Positions 1-10,611 are shown, numbered from the stretch's first letter. The stretch: DNA of 64,000 bases from Flavobacteriales bacterium (GCA_049430665.1 JBMTCG010000002.1:4792-68791); one strand, 5' to 3'. Notes: generated from the sequence alone by a model not told the origin. Translations and numbers: made by a program.

Positions 1-2
1 TG

Positions 3-1001
3 TACTATCGTAAAATTCATGTTACTGGCATAGAAAATTTTCCAGCCGATAAACCTGTTTTGCTAGCCGTAAACCACCAAAATGCTTTTCTCGATGGTGT
101 TTTAGTAGCTTATAAACTCGATAAACAATTGTATTTCTTAGCGCGGTCAGATGCCTTTAAAGGAAAAATTGCTGCTAAAATTTTGAAGGCAATGAACTTG
201 GTGCCTATCTACAGAAAGCAAGATGGAACAGGGGTAGAGAACAACGCCCAGGTTTTTCAATGGTGCTACAAAACCCTCGAAGAACACAAACCCGTTTTAA
301 TTTTTCCAGAAGGTACTTGTGAGCCGCACAAACACATGTTTCCACTTAAAAAAGGTATGGCGCGCATTGCTTTAGGTGCTTTAGAATCTCATCCCAATAT
401 GGATTTGCAAATAGTTCCTGTTGCTTTAAACTACGAAGACCACACGGCTTTTCGTTCTAAAGTCTGGGTTGATTTTGGTAAACCTATTTCAGTTCAAAAA
501 ATAGTGAAAGATTGTTCTTCTTCTGGTGATAGAGTGAAGACTTTAACCAATAAAGTAGAAGATGAATTGCGCACTATGGTGCTGCACATAGAAAAAGAAA
601 ATTACCACGATGAGCATGACATAGTAATGCACAATATGGCTGTTCATCAGCCGCAGTCGGGATTGGAGTTGGTAGAGTTGGCAAAATCGAAAAATAAAAG
701 TGAGCAGGCTAAACCAAAAGATTCTACTTCTGTTTTGGCCATGATTTTATCCTTTCCTTTCTTGTTGATGCACCGTCCGCTCTATTATTTAATCGATTGG
801 ATTGCCGCTAAATTCACAGGTAAAGATGAATTCTTTCCTTCGGTGAAATATGGATTACTTACACTCACTTTCCCATTTTATTGGTTGATTTTGGCTTTTT
901 CATTAGGTGGAATTTTAGGCTTCTCATTTCTGGGAATTCTGCTTTTTTGGTTTGTCTTTCCAATTTCAGCATGGATAGGTATGCTTTTAAAAGGAGTTTA
1001 A
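3..1001 (+). CDS. PlsC-family acyltransferase (1-acyl-sn-glycerol-3-phosphate acyltransferase-like) with C-terminal membrane segments; 5' end lies outside the window
   Basis: NHQNAFLD (HX4D) and FPEGT motifs; frame is open from base 3 (YYRKIHVTGIENFPADKPVLLAVNH). Confidence 0.8.
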   Translation, partial: YYRKIHVTGIENFPADKPVLLAVNHQNAFLDGVLVAYKLDKQLYFLARSDAFKGKIAAKILKAMNLVPIYRKQDGTGVENNAQVFQWCYKTLEEHKPVLIFPEGTCEPHKHMFPLKKGMARIALGALESHPNMDLQIVPVALNYEDHTAFRSKVWVDFGKPISVQKIVKDCSSSGDRVKTLTNKVEDELRTMVLHIEKENYHDEHDIVMHNMAVHQPQSGLELVELAKSKNKSEQAKPKDSTSVLAMILSFPFLLMHRPLYYLIDWIAAKFTGKDEFFPSVKYGLLTLTFPFYWLILAFSLGGILGFSFLGILLFWFVFPISAWIGMLLKGV

Positions 1002-1017
1002 TTGTATATTTAGCCTC

Positions 1018-2295
1018 ATGATTTCAACTTTAATTATCGTCGTTTTTGTTTTAGGCTACTTAGCTATAGCTTTAGAACATCCTATAAAAATTGATAAAGC
1101 TGCTAGTGCCCTGTTTACTGGTGTTGCTTGTTGGGCATTGTATGTTTTTACAGGTGCGTCTCATGAAGATATTGAACATGGTTTGTTACATCATGTTTAT
1201 GAAATAGCCAGCATTCTATTCTTTTTAATGGGTGCTATGACGGTGGTGGAACTGGTTGATGCGCACGAGGGTTTTGCTGTAATTACCGATAAAATTACTA
1301 CTACCAATAAGGTGAAATTACTGTGGATTGTAGTTTTTATTACCTTCTTCTTTTCAGCTGTTTTGGACAACCTAACCACTGCTATTGTAATGGTTTCCCT
1401 CTTGCGCAAATTAGTGCACGATAAACCTACAAGATGGTTGTACGTAGGGGTAGTAGTGATTGCTGCAAATGCAGGTGGAGCTTGGTCGCCAATAGGGGAT
1501 GTGACTACTACTATGTTGTGGACAGGACAACAATTGCCCGATGTAGCTGCATTTATGATGAATTTAATTTTGCCAAGTTTAATTTGTGTGGTGGTACCCA
1601 CTATAGTTCTTAGTTTTACAATGAAAGGCAATCTTGAAAAGTCAGTAATTACTATCGATAAAACGTCTTCTAACTTCGAAAGAAACTTGATATTTTACAT
1701 AGGCGTTGCCGCTCTTGTTTTCGTTCCTGTTTTTAAAAATCTTACGCATCTTCCTCCCTTTATGGGTATGATGTTTAGTTTAGCTGTTATTTGGATAACC
1801 ACAGAACTTATTCATCGCAAAAAAACACATGAAGACAGAAAACGCTTTTCTGTTGCTGCAACCTTGCAAAAAATAGATACTGCGTCGGTTCTTTTCTTTT
1901 TGGGTATTTTACTGGCGGTGGCCGCTTTACAAGAAGTTGGATATTTAAAATCGTTAGCACAAATTCTCAACGATTCGTTAGGAGATATTTATGTTATCAA
2001 TGTGGCTATTGGTTTACTGTCTTCTATTATTGATAATGTGCCTTTGGTAGCTGCTGCACAAGGAATGTATGATATTGCTCCTGCTGGAGATTTTGCGGCT
2101 AACGGTGTGTTTTGGCAGTTTTTGGCTTATTGTGCTGGTACAGGAGGAAGTTGTCTTCTTATTGGTTCTGCGGCTGGTGTGGCGGTGATGGGGTTAGAGA
2201 AAATTGACTTCATTTGGTACCTCAAAAAAATTAGCTGGTTGGCCATTTTAGGGTATTTCGCAGGTGTTGTGACTTACATCCTTTTGCACGTGTAA
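1018..2295 (+). CDS. nhaD: Na+/H+ antiporter NhaD
   Basis: Many TM helices; LDNLTT, ANAGGAWSPIGDVTT and DNVPLVA motifs. Confidence 0.9.
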   Translation: MISTLIIVVFVLGYLAIALEHPIKIDKAASALFTGVACWALYVFTGASHEDIEHGLLHHVYEIASILFFLMGAMTVVELVDAHEGFAVITDKITTTNKVKLLWIVVFITFFFSAVLDNLTTAIVMVSLLRKLVHDKPTRWLYVGVVVIAANAGGAWSPIGDVTTTMLWTGQQLPDVAAFMMNLILPSLICVVVPTIVLSFTMKGNLEKSVITIDKTSSNFERNLIFYIGVAALVFVPVFKNLTHLPPFMGMMFSLAVIWITTELIHRKKTHEDRKRFSVAATLQKIDTASVLFFLGILLAVAALQEVGYLKSLAQILNDSLGDIYVINVAIGLLSSIIDNVPLVAAAQGMYDIAPAGDFAANGVFWQFLAYCAGTGGSCLLIGSAAGVAVMGLEKIDFIWYLKKISWLAILGYFAGVVTYILLHV

Positions 2296-2399
2296 GTGTC
2301 AATAAGTTAAATAGCCCGCACTTTTATTCTCTTTTTTCTATTTCTATTTTTAAGGTGTAATAAATTGTAAACAAGGTCGTTTGTCAATAAACATCGGTT

Positions 2400-3236
2400 A
2401 TGGAAGTTCAAGTTGAAGTATCACACGCCAAGAGCGATAGACGCGTAGGAATCGTTGCTACTATTGCCATTCATGCAATAATTATTTTGTTGTTGATATG
2501 GGCTGTTTTACCGGCTTCTGATGTGCCTATGGAGGATTTGGGCGGACAAGGAATGGAGGTTGGTTTGGGTGGAATTGAGGGGGAAGGTGCCTCTGGTGCG
2601 CCTGGTGGAGGTGAGCCTCAGCCTTCTGAAGCTCTACCAGCAGAATCTACTCCCAACGACAATACCGATCCTTCTGATCAAGAAGATATGATTTCCAATA
2701 CCGCCGAAGATCCTATTAAAGTAACGCCTAAGACCAATCCGACTAAACCTAAAACGACAAACAAGAAAACTACTACAACTCCTGTAAAAACTACTACTCC
2801 AGTTGACCCTAATAAGAAAAAATTAGATGACATTTGGGGCAGTGGTGGTGGAGAGGAAGGTGGTGGCGGAACTGGCACAGATGGTGGCGGACCAGGTGCA
2901 GGTAAAACAGGATTAGGTGCAGGTAAAACAGGATTGGGTAAAGATGCTTCAAACGGCAGAGGAACAGCAAAACCACAACGAATTTTAACTCAATTAAGAA
3001 AGGAAGACCACAACTGTGGAGGTTCCTCTTTGCAACACGTTAAAATTGAAATTGATAAAAACGGAAAAATCAAGAAAGCAACAGGAAATGCTCCTGGAAC
3101 CGTGAATCCAGGTGATTGTTTTAAAAGAAGAGCCGAGCAATATGTGTTAAGCAATTATGTGTATGCTCCTTGCAGCGATTGTAATGCTGTGCGTTACGAT
3201 GAGGCGGTGCTAAAATTAGAATCTACCGACCAATAG
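2400..3236 (+). CDS. TonB-like energy transducer
   Basis: N-terminal TM anchor with His (TIAIHA), Pro/Lys/Thr-rich then Gly-rich linker, short C-terminal domain (VKIEIDKNGKI). Confidence 0.65.
   Translation: MEVQVEVSHAKSDRRVGIVATIAIHAIIILLLIWAVLPASDVPMEDLGGQGMEVGLGGIEGEGASGAPGGGEPQPSEALPAESTPNDNTDPSDQEDMISNTAEDPIKVTPKTNPTKPKTTNKKTTTTPVKTTTPVDPNKKKLDDIWGSGGGEEGGGGTGTDGGGPGAGKTGLGAGKTGLGKDASNGRGTAKPQRILTQLRKEDHNCGGSSLQHVKIEIDKNGKIKKATGNAPGTVNPGDCFKRRAEQYVLSNYVYAPCSDCNAVRYDEAVLKLESTDQ
2894..2935 (+). repeat. In-frame 21-bp tandem duplication (GAGKTGL x2) in the TonB linker
   Basis: aggtgcaggtaaaacaggatt occurs twice back to back. Confidence 0.95.
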
Positions 3237-3257
3237 TGCTCACCGTCGCTAAAATTC

Positions 3258-3265
3258 TATATTTG
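3258..3265 (+). promoter_or_regulatory. Bacteroidota primary-sigma -7 box (TATATTTG)
   Basis: Matches TAnnTTTG, 22 nt upstream of the likely TTG start at 3287. Confidence 0.6.
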
Positions 3266-3286
3266 CGGCCACCAACTACTACTGCT

Positions 3287-5671
3287 TTGAAAAAAATATT
3301 ACCCTTTGTTTTCTTTCTTATTCTCCATTCTCTTCAAGCTCAACAGCCTAACAATATTATGCGCGGTAGGGTGGTAGATGCCGAATCGAAGTTTCCCTTA
3401 GCTTATGCCACCATTTCTGTGTATCAAAACGATAGTTTAGTGCAAACTTTTTCTTGTGATAGTTTGGGTTTTTTTCGCAGCGCTAAAATCAATATTGGTA
3501 AGTATACTTTACATGTAAATTGTATTGGTTATAAAGATGTTTGGTGGAATGGCATTTTGGTGATTTCAGCCAAAGAAACAATTCTTGAAATTCCTTTAGA
3601 ACAAAGTGTTGCGCAAACGGGTACTGTAGAAATAAAACGATCGACTGCAGGTAAAGTGAAAAACGATATGGCCTTGTTGAGTGTGCGCAGTTTCGATGTG
3701 GAAGAGGCGAATCGTTATGCCGGAAGTAGAAACGACCCTGCACGCATGGCGTCTAACTTTGCTGGTGTGCAAGGTTCTGATGATACCAAAAATGATATTG
3801 TGGTGCGCGGAAATTCTCCTAATGGCGTATTGTGGAGAATCGACAATGCCGATGTTCCTTCGCCTAATCATTTTGCAGTGCCGGGTACCAATGGCGGACC
3901 CGTTAGCATGCTTAATAACAAGACCTTAGCAAACTCTGATTTTTTTACTGGGGCTTTTCCTGCCGAATATAGCAATGGAACGGCAGGCGTTTTCGATATT
4001 AAGTTGCGCAAAGGGAATAATCAAAAACATGAGTTTACCGGACAATTGGGCTTTTTAGGAACAGAGCTGGCGGCTGAAGGTCCGTTGAGCAAAAAAACAG
4101 GTTCTTCTTATCTCGCTACTTTTAGATATTCTACTTTGCAATTGTTTAGTTTGATGAATGTAAACATTGGTACATCGGCTATTCCTAAGTATTATGATGG
4201 TTCTTTCAAATTGAATTTCCCTTTAAAAAACAATGCTAATTTTTCTGTTTTTTCTATTGCTGGTAGAAGCTCTATTGAAATAATAATTAGCGATAAGGGG
4301 TTTGATGATTTGACTGAATTGTATGGTCGCAGAGATCGCGATCAGCTATTTTCATCTGGGTTGGTGATTGGCGGCATGAATTATTCTAAAACAATTTCTG
4401 CCAATACATTTTACAATATTACCCTTTCGGGATATTACGCGCAAACCAATGTAGACCACGATTTGGTGGTGCGCGACTCACTTTTTAATGTGACAGATTT
4501 GTACAAAAAACTCATTTACAATTACACCGATTATAAAACGTCGCTCAACTTTTTTATCAATCATAAATTTACTTCGCGAACGACTTTAAAAGCTGGATTG
4601 AATTACTCTGAATTGTTCTTCAATTTAATGCAAAAAGATTTCGATTCTACTGAAAATTTCACGTATAGAATTAACGTAAATAATCACGCAGGATTGGCGC
4701 GTGGCTGCGTTCAACTCAAACATTATTTAAGTGAGAAATTCATTTTCGTTGGTGGATTCAATGCGCAATATTTCTTGTTGAATCAATCTACGGCTCTAGA
4801 GCTAAGAGCGAGTTTGCGCTATCAAATTAACAACAAGCAGTCATTGTCTTTTGGTTATGGAAAACATTCTCAGCTTCAACCAGGTTATGTGTATTTTCAA
4901 AACCTTACGAATTCATCGAATATCATTGATACTTGGAATAAAAGCATTGGTTTTAGTAAGAGCGATCATTATGTTTTGTCATATTCTCTCGCATTGCCAA
5001 AATCATTTAAAATAAGAACAGAGGCATATTATCAGTATTTGTACAATATTCCTGTAGAACAAAATTCATCGGCTTTTTCTATGATTAATTTTGGTGCCGA
5101 TGCTCGTTTGCTTTATCCTGGTATTATGCAAAACACAGGCACAGGGAAAAACTATGGTGCGGAATTTACCTTCGAGAAAAATTTCAATAAAGATTATTTC
5201 ATTTTGTTTACTGTTTCTGTGTTTGAATCGAAATACAAAGGCAGCGACGGTATTGAAAGAAATACCGCTTTTAATGGCAATTACGCTAGCAATATGTTGT
5301 TGGGCAAAGAATGGAAAGTGGGTAAAAAATCGACATTGGTGATGAGTGCAAAAGCAACGCGCGCTGGTGGGAGAAGGTACACTCCTTTAAATATGGCGGC
5401 ATCGAATGTAGCAAAAGATGAAATTATAGACAGTACCGCGGCTTTTTCTCAGCAATTTAAAGATTATTTTAGAGTAGATGTGAAGTTGGGATACAAATGG
5501 AATACAGCAAAAATCACGCATGAATTGGCACTCGATTTAGTGAATGTATTGAATACTAAAAATGTATTACGACTGACTTATGTGCCTGCTGTTGGAAGTT
5601 CTCCAGCTACAGTAGTTGAAGAAGATCAATTGCATTTTTTACCGATATTTTATTATCGAGTGGATTTTTGA
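3287..5671 (+). CDS. TonB-dependent outer-membrane receptor (carboxypeptidase-regulatory-like N-domain, plug, barrel)
   Basis: Signal peptide (KKILPFVFF..LQA), GRVVDAES, plug motif DIVVRGNSP, C-terminal Phe (YYRVDF); start moved from 3236 to TTG 3287. Confidence 0.85.
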   Translation: MKKILPFVFFLILHSLQAQQPNNIMRGRVVDAESKFPLAYATISVYQNDSLVQTFSCDSLGFFRSAKINIGKYTLHVNCIGYKDVWWNGILVISAKETILEIPLEQSVAQTGTVEIKRSTAGKVKNDMALLSVRSFDVEEANRYAGSRNDPARMASNFAGVQGSDDTKNDIVVRGNSPNGVLWRIDNADVPSPNHFAVPGTNGGPVSMLNNKTLANSDFFTGAFPAEYSNGTAGVFDIKLRKGNNQKHEFTGQLGFLGTELAAEGPLSKKTGSSYLATFRYSTLQLFSLMNVNIGTSAIPKYYDGSFKLNFPLKNNANFSVFSIAGRSSIEIIISDKGFDDLTELYGRRDRDQLFSSGLVIGGMNYSKTISANTFYNITLSGYYAQTNVDHDLVVRDSLFNVTDLYKKLIYNYTDYKTSLNFFINHKFTSRTTLKAGLNYSELFFNLMQKDFDSTENFTYRINVNNHAGLARGCVQLKHYLSEKFIFVGGFNAQYFLLNQSTALELRASLRYQINNKQSLSFGYGKHSQLQPGYVYFQNLTNSSNIIDTWNKSIGFSKSDHYVLSYSLALPKSFKIRTEAYYQYLYNIPVEQNSSAFSMINFGADARLLYPGIMQNTGTGKNYGAEFTFEKNFNKDYFILFTVSVFESKYKGSDGIERNTAFNGNYASNMLLGKEWKVGKKSTLVMSAKATRAGGRRYTPLNMAASNVAKDEIIDSTAAFSQQFKDYFRVDVKLGYKWNTAKITHELALDLVNVLNTKNVLRLTYVPAVGSSPATVVEEDQLHFLPIFYYRVDF

Positions 5672-5692
5672 TATGCATTGTTATCGTTACAA

Positions 5693-7645
5693 TTAATTTT
5701 TAATCCACTTTACAAATTCGCTATTGTTTATCTGTAGTGTATAAATTCCAGAGTTGAGACTTGAGATATCCATTCTATGATTTCCAATTGCATTTTCTTG
5801 CATCATTAATCTACCTGAGCTGTCGTAAATTTTGATCAATGAATTTTGTTCGCAATTGATATAGAATTCATTTTGAGCGGGATTAGGAAATACCACGATT
5901 TGATTGTGCTTATTTTCTGCTACGCCAATGTTATTGTTAGGATCACTATAGTTAAAATACAGATAATTCAAATTGAATTCACCTGTTTCAAAGAATAAAC
6001 GAAGTACGTGTTCCCCAGCTGTGAGTGGCACATCGTAAGCAATGGTGTTTTTCCAAGTTTGCCATCCACCTGTGTTGGCTATTGCAAAAGTGCTTAGTTT
6101 TTGTCCATCGATTTCTATGTAAAAAGATTTGTTATTGCCCGTGGTTGCTACTCGTGCTTTAACTTCATAAATGCTGTCTTTACTAACGTTTACAGTGTAT
6201 TCTAGCCACTCATCTTGCTCAATCCAACCAACGCTGTAACCACCACCTACATCACTACAGTTCTCAATGTCAACATTCCCTGTTCTGTAAGCATCTCCAT
6301 CATTGCCTGTGCTTAAATCGTAATATCCTAAATTGCTGCCAATATCAAAATTCTCAGCTTCTATTTTTCCTGGGATAGCATGAGATATGCCACCGAAAGG
6401 AGCTTGAGTTAATGCGTCGTTAACAGTTATAGTAATCGTGTCGCTGTATGTCGATGCGAAGGCATCATCTACCGCCATAGCGAATATTTTATAAGTTCCT
6501 GGTCCGGCAGTTTTCCAAGTAAACTTAAAATTTACTCCTGTATCTTGTCCGATTTTAAGATTATCCGCATAAAAAGAGACGAAGGAAATCACTCCGTTGG
6601 TATCGTTGGCATTGGCTTCTATCACTATAGAATCGCCTTCGTAGAACGTTTCGTTATGCGCAGGGTGCAACAAGATTGCCGTTGGTTTCTTGTTGTTGCT
6701 TGAGGCTTGAATAACATCAAATGCAGCTTTTAATAATGATTTATTGTCGTTGGTAGGAAAATCGAATTGCATGGCCCACCACATAATACCGCCTGCATCA
6801 CTTAATGCCAAAGAAGTTTTTTGTTTGATGGTAGGTATGCCATTGTAGTAAATATCGCCATTAGTAGTGGTGGTGATATGGTCGTGGTTTTCAGAACCAG
6901 GATAAAGGTTGACTATGTTTTTATAACTTAAGCTAGTCTTGCTGTTGGTTTCCCAACGGTATCCGTAGCTGGGTAAACCCAAAATTAATTTCTCTTTTGC
7001 TATTCCTCTTATATTTCCCCAATAGTTTAAATCATAAATTGCCTTTGAATATGAGGAATGTTGGCCAGCATTGGTCCATGTTCCATATTCATCGTAAGAC
7101 ATAATATTGATGAAGTCGAAACGAGCCAATGCAGCGTCAGAAATATCATTTCCATTCCAGGTGGCCACTGCGGCTGTTAAAGTTTTTCCTGTTACTGCAA
7201 GTGAATCAGATAGCTCTATAACAAAATCACTGTAGTTGTTATCGATTGCCGCACCTTCTAAATCCATATCAATACCGTCGAGATTATATTGATATAAGAA
7301 CAATTTTATTTTATGAATAAATGCAGAGCGATTGGCAGTTTGCATGAGGGTGCTCCAAGTTGTAGCGGAATTTGCTCCGCCAACCGACGCAATTGCTTTT
7401 GCATTGCCATTGTGGATGATGTTTACAACTGTGGAGAGGGAGTTGGTTGGACTCATATCGCCAGAATTGTTTGGGTTCACGAAAGAAATATTTACGTGTG
7501 TGAGCTTAGTGTAATCAAGTGCGTTCGCTTCGTTTACAAAATTTCCCCAATTGTATAAGTACCCTATTATTTTGAATTCAGCTTTCGAGAATTGAAAACA
7601 GAAAAGTCCTAAAAATAAGATGCCTGATTTAAGAGTAATTCTCAT
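5693..7645 (-). CDS. T9SS-secreted GH18 chitinase-like glycoside hydrolase (GH18, Ig-like, CBM6-like, T9SS CTD)
   Basis: DGIDMDLE (DxxDxDxE) catalytic motif; IPGKIEAENFD and TGGWQTW CBM6-like motifs; VFPNPA..LNSGIY CTD. Confidence 0.85.
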   Translation of the reverse strand: MRITLKSGILFLGLFCFQFSKAEFKIIGYLYNWGNFVNEANALDYTKLTHVNISFVNPNNSGDMSPTNSLSTVVNIIHNGNAKAIASVGGANSATTWSTLMQTANRSAFIHKIKLFLYQYNLDGIDMDLEGAAIDNNYSDFVIELSDSLAVTGKTLTAAVATWNGNDISDAALARFDFINIMSYDEYGTWTNAGQHSSYSKAIYDLNYWGNIRGIAKEKLILGLPSYGYRWETNSKTSLSYKNIVNLYPGSENHDHITTTTNGDIYYNGIPTIKQKTSLALSDAGGIMWWAMQFDFPTNDNKSLLKAAFDVIQASSNNKKPTAILLHPAHNETFYEGDSIVIEANANDTNGVISFVSFYADNLKIGQDTGVNFKFTWKTAGPGTYKIFAMAVDDAFASTYSDTITITVNDALTQAPFGGISHAIPGKIEAENFDIGSNLGYYDLSTGNDGDAYRTGNVDIENCSDVGGGYSVGWIEQDEWLEYTVNVSKDSIYEVKARVATTGNNKSFYIEIDGQKLSTFAIANTGGWQTWKNTIAYDVPLTAGEHVLRLFFETGEFNLNYLYFNYSDPNNNIGVAENKHNQIVVFPNPAQNEFYINCEQNSLIKIYDSSGRLMMQENAIGNHRMDISSLNSGIYTLQINNSEFVKWIKN

Positions 7646-7843
7646 TATTGTAGTTTTTAGTGGTGCAGGAAAGATACGCTCACAGTAAAACTATTCAAAG
7701 CGATTTTTAGCAAGTGCGGTGAATGTCCGGTAGTTTACAAGTGCATCTGGATCAACAAAAAGTTAACAAAAATAAGGGTTTTCGTTGTTTTTTTATTTTT
7801 TTTGTTTCTATCCTGTCTGGTAGTTGGGATGCTGTTATATAAT

Positions 7844-7880
7844 AAAAAAGGCGTTCGTCAGCTGACGAACGCCTTTTTTT
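7844..7880. terminator. Bidirectional intrinsic terminator downstream of ahcY
   Basis: Perfect palindrome aaaaaaggcgttcgtcagctgacgaacgcctttttt. Confidence 0.85.
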
Positions 7881-7895
7881 AAGATAAATTATATT

Positions 7896-9215
7896 CTAGT
7901 ATCTGTATGCGTCAGATTTGTACGGACCTTCAACAGTTACACCTATGTAGGCAGCTTGTTCTGGGTTCAATACATCTAACTCAGCACCAATTTTCGCTAA
8001 GTGCAAACGAGCTACTTTCTCATCTAATGATTTAGGAAGAACGTAAACTTTGTTTTCGTATTTACCAGGGTTCAACCACAACTCTAATTGAGCCAATGTT
8101 TGGTTGGTAAATGAAGAAGACATTACGAAAGATGGGTGACCAGTTGCGCAACCTAAGTTAACCAAACGACCTTCAGCCAAGATGATGATATCATTTCCAG
8201 CTTTGTTTGTGTATTTATCAACTTGTGGTTTAATGTTTTCTTTAGTGCTTCCGTAAGTTTTGTTCAACCAAGCCATATCGATTTCGTTATCGAAGTGACC
8301 GATGTTGCAAACGATAGCTTTGTCTTTCATGTTTTCGAAATGACGACCAACGATGATGTCTTTGTTACCAGTTGTAGTAACAATGATATCAGCTTCTAAA
8401 ACAGCTTTGTCCATTGGTTTAACTTCAAAACCTTCCATTGCGGCTTGAAGCGCACAAATTGGGTCAATTTCAGTAACGATAACACGAGCACCTGCACCTC
8501 TTAATGAATCTGCAGAACCTTTACCTACATCACCAAAGCCAGCAACAACAGCAACTTTACCAGCCATCATTACATCGGTAGCACGACGGATACCATCTAC
8601 TAATGATTCACGGCAACCGTATTTGTTATCGAATTTAGATTTAGTAACAGAGTCGTTGATATTGATAGCAGGCAACAATAATGTTCCTTTAGCAACTCTT
8701 TCGTGCAAACGGTGAACACCAGTAGTAGTTTCTTCAGAGATACCTCTGATGCCTTTTACCAATTCAGGATATCTATCCAAAACCATGTTTGTTAAATCAC
8801 CACCATCATCCAAAATCATGTTTAATGGTTGTCCGCCTTCAAAAGCGAATAATGTTTGTTCAATACACCAGTCGAATTCTTCTTCGTTCAAGCCTTTCCA
8901 TGCGTAAACAGGAATTCCTGCAGCAGCAATAGCAGCAGCAGCGTGATCTTGAGTAGAGAAAATATTACAAGAAGACCAGGTAACCTCAGCACCAAGAGCT
9001 TTTAAAGTTTCAATCAATACAGCTGTTTGAATAGTCATGTGAAGGCATCCAGCAATACGAGCACCTTTCAATGGTTGCGATTTGCCAAACTCTTCACGAA
9101 GCGCCATTAATCCTGGCATTTCAGCCTCAGCAAGGCGAATTTCTTTTCTTCCCCATTCAGCCAAAGACATGTCTTTTACTTTATAAGGGAGCTTTTTTTC
9201 GGTCATTTTTTCCAT
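7896..9215 (-). CDS. ahcY: Adenosylhomocysteinase (SAH hydrolase)
   Basis: [41 protein letters not shown] motifs; start ATG 9215 (or 9206) because the TTG at 9236 overlaps a TAAGTTTG box at 9234-9241. Confidence 0.97.
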   Translation of the reverse strand: MEKMTEKKLPYKVKDMSLAEWGRKEIRLAEAEMPGLMALREEFGKSQPLKGARIAGCLHMTIQTAVLIETLKALGAEVTWSSCNIFSTQDHAAAAIAAAGIPVYAWKGLNEEEFDWCIEQTLFAFEGGQPLNMILDDGGDLTNMVLDRYPELVKGIRGISEETTTGVHRLHERVAKGTLLLPAININDSVTKSKFDNKYGCRESLVDGIRRATDVMMAGKVAVVAGFGDVGKGSADSLRGAGARVIVTEIDPICALQAAMEGFEVKPMDKAVLEADIIVTTTGNKDIIVGRHFENMKDKAIVCNIGHFDNEIDMAWLNKTYGSTKENIKPQVDKYTNKAGNDIIILAEGRLVNLGCATGHPSFVMSSSFTNQTLAQLELWLNPGKYENKVYVLPKSLDEKVARLHLAKIGAELDVLNPEQAAYIGVTVEGPYKSDAYRY

Positions 9216-9376
9216 GTTAAAATTTAATTTGCGCAAACTTACGAAATGTTCATACTTAATACAATTATAAATTCATTTGAATCTAACATTTTTTTTATTG
9301 GTCGAATGCAATATTCATTTGGCGGGGTCTTTCCTTGAGGAAGTAATGAATATTTCATTATTTTAGCCGCCGTTAT

Positions 9377-10108
9377 ATGAATATCTATCAACACATATTT
9401 AAGAAATCGGCCGAAGGTAAAAAGCAGTTTGCTATACTTATTGATCCCGATAAAGAGAATGAAGATTCATTGGAAACTCTTTGTGAGTTGGCCAATCAGT
9501 ATAAAGTGGATTATCTATTTGTAGGAGGAAGTTTGCTTACCCAAGATTGTTTGAGCGATTGTATCGAGGTGATTAAATTGCACACGCAAATACCGGTGGT
9601 GTTATTTCCTGGCGACAATCTGCAAATTAATTCTCATGCCGATGCGATATTGTTTTTATCGTTGATTAGCGGTAGAAATCCCGATTTATTGATAGGTAAA
9701 CATGTTATTTCTGCTCCTATTTTGAAAGAAGCTGACTTGGAAATTATTCCAACAGGCTATATGCTCATAGATGGAGGAACACCAAGTTCTGTAAGTTATA
9801 TGAGTAACACTACGCCTATACCGGCTAATAAAAGAGATATTGCTGTTTGTACGGCTATGGCTGGTGAGATGCTTGGTTTAAAGCTTATTTTTATGGATGC
9901 GGGCAGTGGCGCTTTGAATCCTGTAAGTGAAGCAGTTGTTTCTGCGGTTAAAAAAGCAATCGATATCCCTTTAATCATTGGTGGAGGTGTGAAATCTGCC
10001 GAAAAAGCTAAAGCTCTCTTTGAAGCTGGTGCTGATGTGATTGTGGTAGGAAATGCGATTGAGGGGAATAGGGAGTTGATTGGGGAGATAGCGAAAATCA
10101 TTCAATAA
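9377..10108 (+). CDS. Geranylgeranylglyceryl/heptaprenylglyceryl phosphate synthase (GGGPS/PcrB family)
   Basis: LIDPDK, VGGS, LFPG, SLISGRNP, MDAGSGA, IGGGV, VVGN motifs. Confidence 0.92.
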   Translation: MNIYQHIFKKSAEGKKQFAILIDPDKENEDSLETLCELANQYKVDYLFVGGSLLTQDCLSDCIEVIKLHTQIPVVLFPGDNLQINSHADAILFLSLISGRNPDLLIGKHVISAPILKEADLEIIPTGYMLIDGGTPSSVSYMSNTTPIPANKRDIAVCTAMAGEMLGLKLIFMDAGSGALNPVSEAVVSAVKKAIDIPLIIGGGVKSAEKAKALFEAGADVIVVGNAIEGNRELIGEIAKIIQ

Positions 10109-10136
10109 TTCTCATTTTTCTAAAAAACAGTTAATT

Positions 10137-10180
10137 TATTTGTACATACAATTAATAATCTCATATATTTGTACATACAA
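10137..10180 (+). promoter_or_regulatory. Tandem operator-like sites overlapping a -7 promoter box
   Basis: TATTTGTACATACAA at 10137-10151 and 10166-10180 (near-palindromic core TTGTACATACAA); TATATTTG at 10164-10171. Confidence 0.7.
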
Positions 10181-10200
10181 ACAATGTAAAAACAAATAAT

Positions 10201-10611
10201 ATGAATGCTAAATTATCTTTCAAACAATCGATCACCGCTGGTTTAATGGCCGCAGGAGCTGCAGTAGTGGTAAATACTGTTTTATTCTTCATTTTAAAAA
10301 GCGCTGGAACTTTTGTGGATACCATTTTAATTGATGGAAATAATCCGCTTACCATTGTGCCTGTGATCATTTCGAGCATCGCCCCAACATTAATTGCTAG
10401 CATGGTGTTTTTCTTACTTGATAAATTCACCAACAATGGATTCAAAATTTTCACTATTGTATCGATTGTTTTAGGGGCAATTAGTTTTATGTCACCATTT
10501 AGCATACCTGCTGTTACAACTGGTTTTGCTATTGGTTTGAATTTGATGCATATGGTGGTTGTGTTGTCTTTGCTTATCTTCATTAAACGAGCAGTAAAGC
10601 AAAACGCATAA
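10201..10611 (+). CDS. Four-TM membrane protein (DUF6069-like)
   Basis: Four hydrophobic helices, LNLMH motif near the C-terminus; A-rich leader. Confidence 0.7.
   Translation: MNAKLSFKQSITAGLMAAGAAVVVNTVLFFILKSAGTFVDTILIDGNNPLTIVPVIISSIAPTLIASMVFFLLDKFTNNGFKIFTIVSIVLGAISFMSPFSIPAVTTGFAIGLNLMHMVVVLSLLIFIKRAVKQNA

Noticed and set aside
7711-7744. caagtgc direct repeat upstream of the GH18 gene as a regulator site
   Set aside because: Only 7 bp with a 27-bp period; could easily be chance
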